64,000 nucleotides of DNA from Candidatus Latescibacterota bacterium. Lineage in GTDB: Bacteria; Krumholzibacteriota; Krumholzibacteriia; WVZY01; JAKEHA01. Of this stretch, positions 19,470-28,688 are shown piece by piece. Made by a program: the position numbers and the translations under genes. The stretch covers positions 3,008,001 through 3,072,000 of the forward strand of contig OY970173.1 of assembly GCA_963707635.1 (NCBI GenBank), read 5' to 3'. Under the pieces are notes generated by a model. It was given only the letters and a program-made list of their open reading frames with translations. It was not told the origin of the DNA and made no database searches. Position 1 is the first letter of the stretch. Every line of letters starts with the position of its first letter.

Positions 19470-20216
19470 TCACGACTTCACGCCGCGATACAATCCCGCG
19501 ATGCCGGCCGTGAGCCGGCGCGACTCCACGCGCTGGAGTCCGGCCGCGGTGAGCAATGCCTCCACCGCGGACGGGTCCAGGAATTCCCGGATGGACGCAG
19601 CGAGATACCCGTAGGCCTCGCCGGAACCGGAAATGAGTCGTCCGGCAAGCGGGAGGAAGGTGGCGAGATACGCCCGGTAGGCGAGCAGCGCCGCGCCGCG
19701 CGGCGGCAGGAATTCGAGCACCACCAGCCGTCCCCCGGGGCGGAGAACGCGCGTCATCTCGGCGACTCCGCGCCCGTAGTCCGGGAGGTTGCGCAGCCCG
19801 AACGCGATCGTGACCACGTCGAACGACTCGTTCGCGAACGGTAGCAACAACGCGTCGCCTTCGACGAGGCGGACGCGGCCGGCAAGCCCGGCGCGCTCGA
19901 GCTTGGCGCGCCCGACGTCGAGCATGCCGGGAGAAAGGTCGACACCGGTGATCGAACCGGGCCGCGCGCGGCGAACGAATTCGATCGCGACGTCGGCGGT
20001 GCCGGTCGCCACGTCGAGGACGTCGTCGCCCCCGCGCGCCTCCGTGCTGCCAACCAGCGCCCGCCGCCAGCGGCGATCGATGTTGCCGCTCAACACGTGA
20101 TTGAGAAGGTCGTAGCGCCGTGAGATCGCGCTGAACATTCGCGGCGTGCGCGTCTTGTCCGCCACCGTCGCCGCGACCGTGCGCTGCTCGAAACCGGGCT
20201 CGGCCAGCGGTGTCAT
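19470..20216 (-). CDS. menG: Demethylmenaquinone/ubiquinone methyltransferase (MenG/UbiE family)
   Basis: MFSAISRRYDLLNHVLS, LDVATGTAD, FGLRN, RVLRPGG, YGYLAASI. Confidence 0.88.
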   Translation of the reverse strand: MTPLAEPGFEQRTVAATVADKTRTPRMFSAISRRYDLLNHVLSGNIDRRWRRALVGSTEARGGDDVLDVATGTADVAIEFVRRARPGSITGVDLSPGMLDVGRAKLERAGLAGRVRLVEGDALLLPFANESFDVVTIAFGLRNLPDYGRGVAEMTRVLRPGGRLVVLEFLPPRGAALLAYRAYLATFLPLAGRLISGSGEAYGYLAASIREFLDPSAVEALLTAAGLQRVESRRLTAGIAGLYRGVKS

Positions 20217-21406
20217 TTCGCCACCAGCCGGTAGATCCTAGTGGGTCCGCCCGAGGGGTCGTGGGCGCACAGGTAAAGCTCATCCTGCTCGTCGAGCCCG
20301 AAGGTCGAGATCAGGATGCTGGTGTCAACCAGAAGACGGTTCTCGGGCTCGCCCCCGTCGGCGCGCAGCGCCCACACCCGCCCGCTGCCATAGTCCGCGT
20401 AGACGTACCACCCCACCAGCTCGGGCAGCGCCTTGCCGCGGTACACATAGCCGCCGGTGACGCTGATGCCTTCCGTGCGGCCGTACGCCCACACCGGGTC
20501 GGCGAAGCCGCTCGTGCCCGCGCACGATCCGGCGCGCTGGTCCGCGGGCTCGTACGGGTGCAGGCCCTCGCGACAGTCCCAGCCGTAGTTCTTGCCGGCT
20601 TCGATCCGGTCGATCTCTTCCCACGTCACCTGTCCGACGTCACCGGCCCACAGCGCTCCGGTTGCGCGGTCGAAGGAGAAGCGCCACGGGTTGCGAAGCC
20701 CCCACGCGTAGATCTCTTCTTTCCAACCCTGGGAGTTCCCTTTGAACGGATTGTCGGCCGGAATCGCGTAGCGCTTGCCGCTCACGTCGAGGCGGAGGAT
20801 CTTCCCCAAGAGCGACGCGCGATTCTGGGCGTTGCCTTGCGGGTCGCCGGCGGAGCCGCCGTCCCCGAGCGCCACGTACAGAAACCCGTCGGGGCCGAAC
20901 GCGATCTGGCCGCCATTGTGATTCGAGTACGGCTGTGTGACCTCGAGCAGGATTTCTTCGCTCGGCGGGTCGGCCGCGTTGGGGTAGGGGCCCACCGTGA
21001 AGCGCGACACCCGGGTAATGCGTTTGGTCCATTTCGACGCGGTGTAGTCGACGAAGAAGGCGTGGGTGCGCGCGAAGTCCGGGTGGAACGCGAGCCCGAG
21101 CATTCCCATTTCGTTGCCGTCGGTGTTGACGCGATCGTGAATGTCGAGGAATACCCCCATCGTGCGGGTCCCCGGCTGGTTCGCGAACACGTGGATCATC
21201 CCCTCCTGCTCCACCACGAAGAGACGATTCGTCCCGTCACGCGCCGGCTGGAGGTCGACCGGGCGGTGAAACTCGAGGTAAGGGAAGGCGTCGACGATAT
21301 CGTGGGAGGGATCACCCACGGGCCTCTCCGCGCGGGCCGGCTGGAATGCGAGTGCCCCCGTCGTCTCCGCGAGTATCAGCACGGCGAGGGCGACGCGCAC
21401 GCTCAC
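20213..21406 (-). CDS. PQQ-dependent sugar dehydrogenase (GSDH) family, secreted
   Basis: GMLGLAFHPDF, NHNGGQIAFGPDG, GDGG, GLRNPWR, NYGW. The GTG start overlaps the upstream stop. Confidence 0.9.
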   Translation of the reverse strand: MSVRVALAVLILAETTGALAFQPARAERPVGDPSHDIVDAFPYLEFHRPVDLQPARDGTNRLFVVEQEGMIHVFANQPGTRTMGVFLDIHDRVNTDGNEMGMLGLAFHPDFARTHAFFVDYTASKWTKRITRVSRFTVGPYPNAADPPSEEILLEVTQPYSNHNGGQIAFGPDGFLYVALGDGGSAGDPQGNAQNRASLLGKILRLDVSGKRYAIPADNPFKGNSQGWKEEIYAWGLRNPWRFSFDRATGALWAGDVGQVTWEEIDRIEAGKNYGWDCREGLHPYEPADQRAGSCAGTSGFADPVWAYGRTEGISVTGGYVYRGKALPELVGWYVYADYGSGRVWALRADGGEPENRLLVDTSILISTFGLDEQDELYLCAHDPSGGPTRIYRLVAK

Positions 21407-22644
21407 GGGGTCACCTCGGTCTGCACGATCCGGAAGAGCGAAGTGGGCGTTCCGTTGCTCTGATACTCCGCCACAAACAGCTCTCCGTTTTCCGCCACAC
21501 CGAAGGTCGATATCGCGAAGCCGGCTGCCTTCAGTTCGACATTCACCGGCGGAGCCCCATAAGTGAGGGCCCACACGCGGCCGGAACCGTAGTCGGCGTA
21601 GACGTACTTGCCCACGAGCGAGGTGAGCGTGGGTCCGCGGTACACGTACCCGCCAGTGACCGAGTATCCCTGCGAGCGCGGATAATCGATCACAGGATCG
21701 ATCAAGCCGGAAGCGGTCGCGCACGCGGGCGACGGGTTGTCCGGCGGCCCGGTGTAAGCAATGAACCCCTCACGGCAATCCCATCCGTAGTTGCCGCCGC
21801 TCACGATGATGTCGACTTCCTCCCGCGCGCCCTGGCCGACGTCGCCGGCCCAGAGGCGGTCAGTGGGGGCGTCGTAATTGATTCGCCACGGGTTCCGCAT
21901 TCCCCACGCGTAGATCTCCTCGCGGTACCCGCTCGAGTTCCCGACGAACGGGTTGTCCGCCGGAATCCCGTAGTAGGGGACCGTATTGACATTCTGGTTC
22001 ACGTCGAAGCGCAGGATTTTTCCGTACACCACTCCCCGGTTCTGCGCGTTTTCGTCCGGGTCACCCCCTCCCCCTTCGTCCCCGACGCCGAGGCACAGGT
22101 ACCCGTCGCCGTCGAAGCACAGCCCGCCGCCGTTGTGGTTTGAATAGTCCTGCCGGAATTCGAGCAGGATCTTCTCGCTCGCCGGATCGGCCACATCGGG
22201 GTCGCCGGCGCTCACGCTGAAGCGCGACAACCGCGACATGAGCGACGTCGTCGTTACCGTGTAATAGACGAAGAAGAACCCGTTGGACTCGTACTGGGGA
22301 TGGAACGCCAGTCCGAGCAGTCCCAACTCGCTGCAGCAGTCCACGTCCACGGACAGAAACTCGGCTGAGGACGTCGCGCCGGCGTCGTTGTCGAACACAC
22401 GGATGAAGCCGTTCTGCTCCACGACGAACAGGCGATTCGTCCCGTCGCCCGCGTTCTGGATGTCGACGGGGCGCGAGAAGGTGAGATTCGGGAACGCGTC
22501 GACCAGGTCGTAGGTGTAGTCGGAGGGCGGCGGCGGCGGAAAGCCGCCACAATCCTCACACGTCGCCGGGTCGTCACAGGACACAACCCACAGCACGCCG
22601 ACCAGCGCCAGCGACGAAGCGAGAGCGAGCAGGACTCTTTTCAC
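21403..22644 (-). CDS. PQQ-dependent sugar dehydrogenase (GSDH) family, lipoprotein
   Basis: Lipobox VVSC; GLLGLAFHP, NHNGG, GMRNPWR, NYGW. Confidence 0.9.
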   Translation of the reverse strand: MKRVLLALASSLALVGVLWVVSCDDPATCEDCGGFPPPPPSDYTYDLVDAFPNLTFSRPVDIQNAGDGTNRLFVVEQNGFIRVFDNDAGATSSAEFLSVDVDCCSELGLLGLAFHPQYESNGFFFVYYTVTTTSLMSRLSRFSVSAGDPDVADPASEKILLEFRQDYSNHNGGGLCFDGDGYLCLGVGDEGGGGDPDENAQNRGVVYGKILRFDVNQNVNTVPYYGIPADNPFVGNSSGYREEIYAWGMRNPWRINYDAPTDRLWAGDVGQGAREEVDIIVSGGNYGWDCREGFIAYTGPPDNPSPACATASGLIDPVIDYPRSQGYSVTGGYVYRGPTLTSLVGKYVYADYGSGRVWALTYGAPPVNVELKAAGFAISTFGVAENGELFVAEYQSNGTPTSLFRIVQTEVTP

Positions 22645-23339
22645 TGGGCACCTCCATCGCACCAGCGGTCGAGGAGCGACGCGAGCAACCGGTGCGGAGC
22701 ATTGAAGTCGACGCGGCCATCCACCATCTCGTCGCGCGCCTGGACGAACGGACCCGGCGCCAGATCCGACTCGCCGTGGCGAATCATCTCCGCGATGCCT
22801 TCCCTCGTCACCTCGAGGTGAAACTGGAGCGCGACCACCCGTTCCCCCACGGCGAACATCTGGTGATCGCAGGCCGCGCTGCGCGCGAGGTGCACGGCCC
22901 CCGCGGGGAGATCGAAGGTCTCGCCGTGCCAGTGAAACGCGCGGACTGCGCCCGGGAGACGAAACCACGCGTGGGCAGCGCCCGCGTCGGTCGGGCTCAC
23001 CGGGAACCAACCGATCTCCCGCTCACGGCTGCGATACACGCGCGCGCCCAGCACGTCCGCCACCAGCTGCGCGCCGAGACAGACGCCGAGCACCGGCTTG
23101 CCGGCGGCGATCACGCTCTCGATGAGCCGCTTCTCGGGCGCGAGCCATGCGTGCCGCGCTTCGTCGCGCACGCTCATCGGGCCGCCCATGACGACGAGGG
23201 CGTCGAGCGCGTCGGCGCGCGGGAGCGCCTCGCCCGCGAACAGACGGGTGAGCGCGAACTCGTGGCCCCGCGCGTTCGCCCAGTCGGCGATGTGCCCCGG
23301 CGACTCGAACGCCACGTGTTGCATGACGCCGATGCGCAT
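22641..23339 (-). CDS. Type 1 glutamine amidotransferase
   Basis: GGPMS, GVCLGAQL (catalytic Cys), QFHLE (His/Glu). Confidence 0.92.
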   Translation of the reverse strand: MRIGVMQHVAFESPGHIADWANARGHEFALTRLFAGEALPRADALDALVVMGGPMSVRDEARHAWLAPEKRLIESVIAAGKPVLGVCLGAQLVADVLGARVYRSREREIGWFPVSPTDAGAAHAWFRLPGAVRAFHWHGETFDLPAGAVHLARSAACDHQMFAVGERVVALQFHLEVTREGIAEMIRHGESDLAPGPFVQARDEMVDGRVDFNAPHRLLASLLDRWCDGGAQ

Positions 23340-24148
23340 CAGCGGGGTCGATCGTTGAGCGTCCAGTCGTACTCGAAGAACGCCAGCTTGAAGTCGGCCG
23401 TCTCGAGGTACTTTCGATCCGCCTCACCCACGTATTTCGAGGCAAACGCAGTGACGGCCTTGCGCTGCGTGACGAACCGCTCCTCCGCCGGCGAGGCGGG
23501 CGGCGCGAAGTCCTCCGCAAACCACTCGAAGATCCGCGAGGCCCACACTTCGCCGCTGTCGCGGTCGATTTGAAACTTGCGCAGGTCTGACACGAACACT
23601 TTCGCCTGGTCGTTGAGCTGGTCGTCGAGGGTGACGCCGCGATACGGTTCGTTGCGGAGCTTCGGGCACGAAACCGCCGCGCACACCAGCGCCATGTGGA
23701 TCCGCGGCTCCTTGAAGGCCGCGCGCAGCCGCTCGTGCTCGATCTGGTCGAGCGTGAGCGCCTGCCCCATCACGCGGAATCGCTGCTGGTCCCATACGCC
23801 CGGTATCTGGCCGATGCTGTTCTTCGGAAAACCAGGCTTGGGTTGCGCGGGCGCGATCGGATAGTGATCCACGACCAGCCGCAGAGTGAGCGCGTTGTAG
23901 GCGTTGATCCAGAACGCGATCTTGTCGGGGTCGCTCCACGACGTGTACGTCGCGGGGTCCAGGGCGTCGAGCGAGGCCACGAACGCGTCCAGCGGCGCGC
24001 ACTCGGCCTTCAAGCCCGCGTAGTCGACCAGCCCCTCGCCGTCGACGTACGCCAGCACGGCGGAATAGTCGTCGTACGCGGGCACCTTGGGACTCGGAAC
24101 TCCCGCCGTCGCGGTGACGAGCATCAGTATCTGCAGCGCCAGCATCAT
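23339..24148 (-). CDS. DUF547 domain secreted protein
   Basis: AFWINAYNA, LDQIEH, PRIHMALVCAAVSCP, IFEWFAEDF, YDWTLN. Confidence 0.9.
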   Translation of the reverse strand: MMLALQILMLVTATAGVPSPKVPAYDDYSAVLAYVDGEGLVDYAGLKAECAPLDAFVASLDALDPATYTSWSDPDKIAFWINAYNALTLRLVVDHYPIAPAQPKPGFPKNSIGQIPGVWDQQRFRVMGQALTLDQIEHERLRAAFKEPRIHMALVCAAVSCPKLRNEPYRGVTLDDQLNDQAKVFVSDLRKFQIDRDSGEVWASRIFEWFAEDFAPPASPAEERFVTQRKAVTAFASKYVGEADRKYLETADFKLAFFEYDWTLNDRPR

Positions 24149-24873
24149 GCGAAACCCCTCCTTCGGGCACGCCGGTACTCGGGATAATACATCAGAATCG
24201 TGCCGATGATCCGGGTTCCCGCGCGAAGCGTTCCTTTCACGGTTCCGGAAATTTTCGACGTTCCGATACGCCGCCGATACCGCACCGGCACCTCGCGAAC
24301 CCGCAGACCCGCGATCAGCGCCTTCGCCAGCATCTCGGCGTTCCAGCCATAGGTGCGGTCGCGCATGTTCAGTTTGAGCAGTGCTTCCCGGCGGATCGCC
24401 CGAAACGGCCCCATGTCGGTGCACCTCGCCCCGTAGAGCAAACGCACCAACGCGCACGCGAGCCGGTTGCCGGCGCGCTGGTTCCACGGCAGTGCGCCGG
24501 GTTCGGCGCCGCCGAGCACCCGCGATCCGATCACGAGATCGGCCTCGCCGGCGGCGATCGGCGCCACCAGCATCGGGAGTTCCTCCGGGTAGTCGGAACG
24601 ATCGGCGTCCAGGATCACCACCACCTCGATGGTCGAATCGGCGCGCGCGATTCCCGCCAGGCAGGCTCTGCCGTACCCGGGAACCGGCTCCTCGACCACG
24701 ACCGCGCCGCGCCCTCTCGCCACCTCCGCGGTCCGGTCCCGGCTGCCGTTGTCGACGACGATCACGACGTGCGCATGCGCGCGGGGAATCTCGTCGAGCA
24801 CCTGCCCGATGGATGCCTCTTCGTTGCGCGCCGGGATGATGACGGCTACGCGCATGGTCGGTCCGTCAGGCAC
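24145..24873 (-). CDS. GT2 glycosyltransferase (DPM synthase-like)
   Basis: IIPARNEE, VDNGSRD, GYG, DAD, TDMGPFRAI, SKISGT. Confidence 0.92.
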   Translation of the reverse strand: MPDGPTMRVAVIIPARNEEASIGQVLDEIPRAHAHVVIVVDNGSRDRTAEVARGRGAVVVEEPVPGYGRACLAGIARADSTIEVVVILDADRSDYPEELPMLVAPIAAGEADLVIGSRVLGGAEPGALPWNQRAGNRLACALVRLLYGARCTDMGPFRAIRREALLKLNMRDRTYGWNAEMLAKALIAGLRVREVPVRYRRRIGTSKISGTVKGTLRAGTRIIGTILMYYPEYRRARRRGFA

Positions 24874-26137
24874 GGCGAGCTCCTTTCGGCCAGAGTCCGT
24901 GGGCGAGAAACGCGTAGAACGGCACGTACTCCGCCGCCAGCAGCCAGGTCGGGACTCTCCACGCGCCCGAGCGGTCGTACTCGACCCACACCGCGTACGA
25001 GAGGGCGACCAGTCCCGTGAACGCGATCCACGCCTGGTTCGGGTAGATGCACAGCAGCGGGACCATCCAGATCAAGTACCACGGGTACACGGTCGGCGAC
25101 ACCAGCAGCGCGCACCCGGTGACGAGATACAGGTAACGAACCGGGTCGCGCTCACGCCGGGCCGCCACGAGCATGAACGCCACCCCGAACCCCGCCAGCA
25201 GGCGACGCGCGACGGTCGCGTCGCCGAGAAATCCCGCGAGTGCCATGAACGGTGGCCCGTTGAACCACCAGGTGCCGCCGTAGACGCGAAGGCTCCCAAG
25301 CAGGTGCGGTCCCGCGTCGAGAAAGGCGGCGTACCCGAGGGCCGCGGTGATCCCCATCGTCGCCAGCGCGCGCCTGGCGCCGCGGCGGACGAACAGCGGC
25401 GCCAGCGCCACCGCGAGGTACTTCACCAGCAACGACGCTCCGAACGCGACCCCGGCCGCCATGCGACGCCCGCGCTGCCAGAGCACGAGCCCCAGCACCA
25501 GCAGGAACACGCCCGCCGCGTCCACATGCCCCGAGTGGGCGGTTTCCACCATGACCAGCGGGTTCCACGCATACACGAGCGCGTATGTGGGGGGACGGCC
25601 GCGCGCGCGCAGCAACAGGACGAGCAGCACGATCGTCGCCAGGTCGAACAGCGAGAAGATGATCTTCAGAGTCGTAACGTTGGGACGAATCCATGCCGCG
25701 GCCGCAAACAGGCCCTGGGCGAGGGGCGGGTAAATGGTCGGGAGCGACTTGTGATTGAGCCGGTCGTAGGTCTCGTCCCGCATCGCGGCCAGGGTCGTAT
25801 CCGAAGGAGCCGTCACGAAGGGATTCGCGCCGCTCAGAATCACGCGCCCTTCCCACAGGTAGCGATAGATGTCGGTGGAGAGGTCCGGGTGGGCCGGCAG
25901 CATCGCCAGGCGAGCTGCGATGGCGACGATGAAGATGGCTGCGAGCGCCGCGCGGCCGCTCGGGTTCGCGCGCACCACGTTCTGCACAGCGACCGCGTAG
26001 GCCCCGAACGCCACCGCATACAGAGCCAGGAACGCCGGCACGTGGCGGTGCGGCGAATCGAGCGCGCCCATCGCCGCGGCGGCCGCCACCAGGGCGACCC
26101 CCGACGCCGCGAGCACGCCCCGTTCGCGCGCGCCCAT
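24866..26137 (-). CDS. GT-C (GT87-like) membrane glycosyltransferase
   Basis: LSTDIYRYLWEG, TIYPPLAQ, YAWNPL..E, VYPWY; about 10 TM helices. Confidence 0.85.
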   Translation of the reverse strand: MGARERGVLAASGVALVAAAAAMGALDSPHRHVPAFLALYAVAFGAYAVAVQNVVRANPSGRAALAAIFIVAIAARLAMLPAHPDLSTDIYRYLWEGRVILSGANPFVTAPSDTTLAAMRDETYDRLNHKSLPTIYPPLAQGLFAAAAWIRPNVTTLKIIFSLFDLATIVLLVLLLRARGRPPTYALVYAWNPLVMVETAHSGHVDAAGVFLLVLGLVLWQRGRRMAAGVAFGASLLVKYLAVALAPLFVRRGARRALATMGITAALGYAAFLDAGPHLLGSLRVYGGTWWFNGPPFMALAGFLGDATVARRLLAGFGVAFMLVAARRERDPVRYLYLVTGCALLVSPTVYPWYLIWMVPLLCIYPNQAWIAFTGLVALSYAVWVEYDRSGAWRVPTWLLAAEYVPFYAFLAHGLWPKGARRA

Positions 26138-26138
26138 G

Positions 26139-27602
26139 TCAGCGTTTCGCGTGGAGCAGGGAGAGGCCCAGGACGTATAGAAAGCCGGCGACGAACAGCC
26201 CGAGGTATGGAAGCGCCGCCCACTCGCCGAGCACCGCGGTCGTGACGAAGGCAGCAGTCAAATAGGCCGCCAGCAGCAGCTCGATGTAGAACGACGGCGT
26301 GCGCGTCGAGCGGTAGAGCTTGCTCTTCCAGTGGTCGCGCAGCGTCTCGATGCGGTACTTCGCGGTGCGGACGAAGGGCGTGCGGCGGCCCACCAGCGCC
26401 TCCGTCACCGCCCAGGCGTTGTTGATGCACATCCCGACCCCGAGGGCCAGGATGAAGGGCACGTCGCGCATGCGCCACTTCCAGTCCCGATTCAGTTCGC
26501 GCTGCGCAATCGCGTAGAAAAGCAGGATCGAGGCCGTGGTCATGCCGAAGACCGCCGCCTCGACCACGAACGCGCCGCCGGTGAGCGACCGGGCCCGCGT
26601 CACCACCGCGAACGGCATCAGCACGGACACGGCGACCAGCAGCAGGTAGCTCAGGTTCGCGGTCAGGTGGAAGGTCGCTTCCAGTTTCACCTTGAGCGAC
26701 GCGTCGCTTCGCCACACGCGCGGCAGCAGCTTGCGCCCCACCTGGATCGACCCCTTCGTCCAGCGGTGCTGCTGGTTCTTGAGCCCGAAGATATCGACCG
26801 GCAGTTCGCTCGGGCATTCGACCTCGGGGAGGAACACGAACTTCCACCCGCGCAGCTGCGTCCGATAGGAAAGATCGAGATCCTCGGTGAGCGTGTCGCC
26901 CTGCCATCCCCCCGCGTCCACGATGGCCTCGCGCCGGAACACGCCGCCGGTGCCGTTGAAGTTGAAGTAGCGGCCCGAGCGATGCCGCGCGGTGTGTTCG
27001 AGCACGAAGTGCCCGTCCAGCAAGAGCGCCTGCACGCGGGTGAGGAGCGAATAGTCGCGGTTGAGATATCCCCACCGCGTCTGCACCATGCCGACGCGGG
27101 CGTCCTGAAAATGGGGGACGGTCTTCTCGAGAAAGTCGCGCGGGGGCACGAAGTCGGCGTCGAAGATGGCCACCAGGTCGTCGGGCGTGGCGTCGAGACC
27201 CGCCGAGAGCGCGCCGGCCTTGTAGCCGGTGCGCTGCTCGCGGTGGAGGTATTCGGCCTGGACGCCTCCGGCGCGCAATTCCGCGACGGTCGCCGCCGCA
27301 ATCGCGCGTGTGTCGTCGGTCGAGTCGTCGAGCACCTGGATGCGCAGCCGCGAGCGCGGGTAGTCGATACTCGCCGCCGCGCGGATTACACGCTCCGCGA
27401 CGTAGCGCTCGTTAAAAAGCGGGAGCTGGACGGTGACGCTCGGAGCCCGCTCGGGCACGAACACGGGGGCGGGCCGCTGAACCGCGCGCTTGTAGTGGCG
27501 GTGATAGAGAATGAGAATCAGGTAGCGGTGCAGGCCATAGACGCCCAGCATCGCCAGGATCAGGAAGTAGAGGTTGACGACGAGCGTCTCCCAGAGCGCC
27601 AT
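26139..27602 (-). CDS. GT2 glycosyltransferase, cellulose-synthase-like
   Basis: VQLPLFNE, LDDS, YKAGAL, FDADF, TEDLD, QQHRW (QxxRW). Confidence 0.92.
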   Translation of the reverse strand: MALWETLVVNLYFLILAMLGVYGLHRYLILILYHRHYKRAVQRPAPVFVPERAPSVTVQLPLFNERYVAERVIRAAASIDYPRSRLRIQVLDDSTDDTRAIAAATVAELRAGGVQAEYLHREQRTGYKAGALSAGLDATPDDLVAIFDADFVPPRDFLEKTVPHFQDARVGMVQTRWGYLNRDYSLLTRVQALLLDGHFVLEHTARHRSGRYFNFNGTGGVFRREAIVDAGGWQGDTLTEDLDLSYRTQLRGWKFVFLPEVECPSELPVDIFGLKNQQHRWTKGSIQVGRKLLPRVWRSDASLKVKLEATFHLTANLSYLLLVAVSVLMPFAVVTRARSLTGGAFVVEAAVFGMTTASILLFYAIAQRELNRDWKWRMRDVPFILALGVGMCINNAWAVTEALVGRRTPFVRTAKYRIETLRDHWKSKLYRSTRTPSFYIELLLAAYLTAAFVTTAVLGEWAALPYLGLFVAGFLYVLGLSLLHAKR

Positions 27603-27627
27603 AAATCGATCGTCCGGGTCGGTTGCG

Positions 27628-28599
27628 TCAGACCAGCGCCCCGCCGCACGACGAGCCGCTCCCCGCCGTGCAACCGAAGCAGTGGTTGCCGGTGACGATT
27701 CTCCGGGCGTGCAGGTCGGCGTCGAAGTCGCGGATCGTGCGCGGGCGGCCGTTTCCGACCGGAAGCTTCAGCGCCAGATTGAAATCGCAGTCGTAGATGG
27801 TGCCGTTCCAGTCCACGTCGATCTGATGCCGGCACATGAGCGGCGCGACGGTCGTCGCATTGAACGACCCTTCCAGCAACTCGCGGTACGCGTCCGCTCT
27901 GCCTTCGTTCTTCAACTGGGTGGCAAATCGTCCGATGGCCATGTTGGTAATCGTGAACAGATGCGTGAAGGAGAGTCCGAAACGCGCGGCGAGTTCACGC
28001 CGGTAGTCCGCCTCGAGCGCAGCCTGCGCGCCCGGCAGGCTCGCCCCGCCGGGATTGTAGACCAGGTCCAGCGGCAGCTCGGGCCTGACCCCGTAGCCGA
28101 TCGCGTTGAGCCGGCGGATGGCCTCGATCGACCCGTGGTAGACGCCCGCTCCGCGCTGGCGATCGACATTCTCTTCGGTGTAGCACGGCATCGACGCGAT
28201 CAGGTGGATGCGCTTCAACGCGAAGAATTCCGGGAGGTCGGCGTACCCCGGCTCCAGCAGGATGGTCAGATTGGTCCGTACCATCACCTCGTGTCCGGCG
28301 TCGCGCGCGGCGGAAACGAAGCGGCGAAAGTGCGGATTCATCTCCGGCGCGCCGCCGGTGATGTCGATCACCTGCGCCCCCACCTCCCGCGCAACGCGCA
28401 GCACGTGAAGCATGGTGTCCCAGTCCATCTGCTCCTTACGGTGCGGCGACGACGAGACGTGACAATGAACGCACGAGAGATTGCACGTCATGCCGACGTT
28501 GACCTGGATGGTCGAGATGCGCTCGGCCTGGAGCGGCGCACCCGTCGCCTGCACGACCCGCTCGTCGAACCGATTCGCCTGCGCCGCTTTCCCGGCCAT
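27628..28599 (-). CDS. arsS: Radical SAM / Cys-rich protein of the ArsS (arsenosugar biosynthesis) family
   Basis: CNLSCVHC, DITGGAPE, LVYNP, YDCDFN, C-terminal HCFGCTAGSGSSCGGAL. Confidence 0.88.
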   Translation of the reverse strand: MAGKAAQANRFDERVVQATGAPLQAERISTIQVNVGMTCNLSCVHCHVSSSPHRKEQMDWDTMLHVLRVAREVGAQVIDITGGAPEMNPHFRRFVSAARDAGHEVMVRTNLTILLEPGYADLPEFFALKRIHLIASMPCYTEENVDRQRGAGVYHGSIEAIRRLNAIGYGVRPELPLDLVYNPGGASLPGAQAALEADYRRELAARFGLSFTHLFTITNMAIGRFATQLKNEGRADAYRELLEGSFNATTVAPLMCRHQIDVDWNGTIYDCDFNLALKLPVGNGRPRTIRDFDADLHARRIVTGNHCFGCTAGSGSSCGGALV

Positions 28600-28625
28600 G
28601 AATTCGCCTTCCGTTTCGTCCAATG

Positions 28626-28656
28626 AAAAGGGCGGCCCCGTTGCGGGACCGCCCTC
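28626..28656 (-). terminator. Rho-independent terminator of the prolyl oligopeptidase gene
   Basis: Minus strand GAGGGCGGTCCC-GCAAC-GGGGCCGCCC followed by TTTT. Confidence 0.7.
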
Positions 28657-28688
28657 AACATAGCGACACGCGGCCGAACCTGCAACCG

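Noticed and set aside
19470..20216. Methyltransferase as the ArsM partner of ArsS
   Set aside because: It has MenG/UbiE signatures (YDLLN..LS, FGLRN) and no Cys residues, whereas ArsM needs several.
27628..27680. Selenocysteine in the ArsS C-terminal GSS(C/U)GG motif
   Set aside because: The codon is TGC (Cys), and the TGA comes after GGALV as a normal stop.
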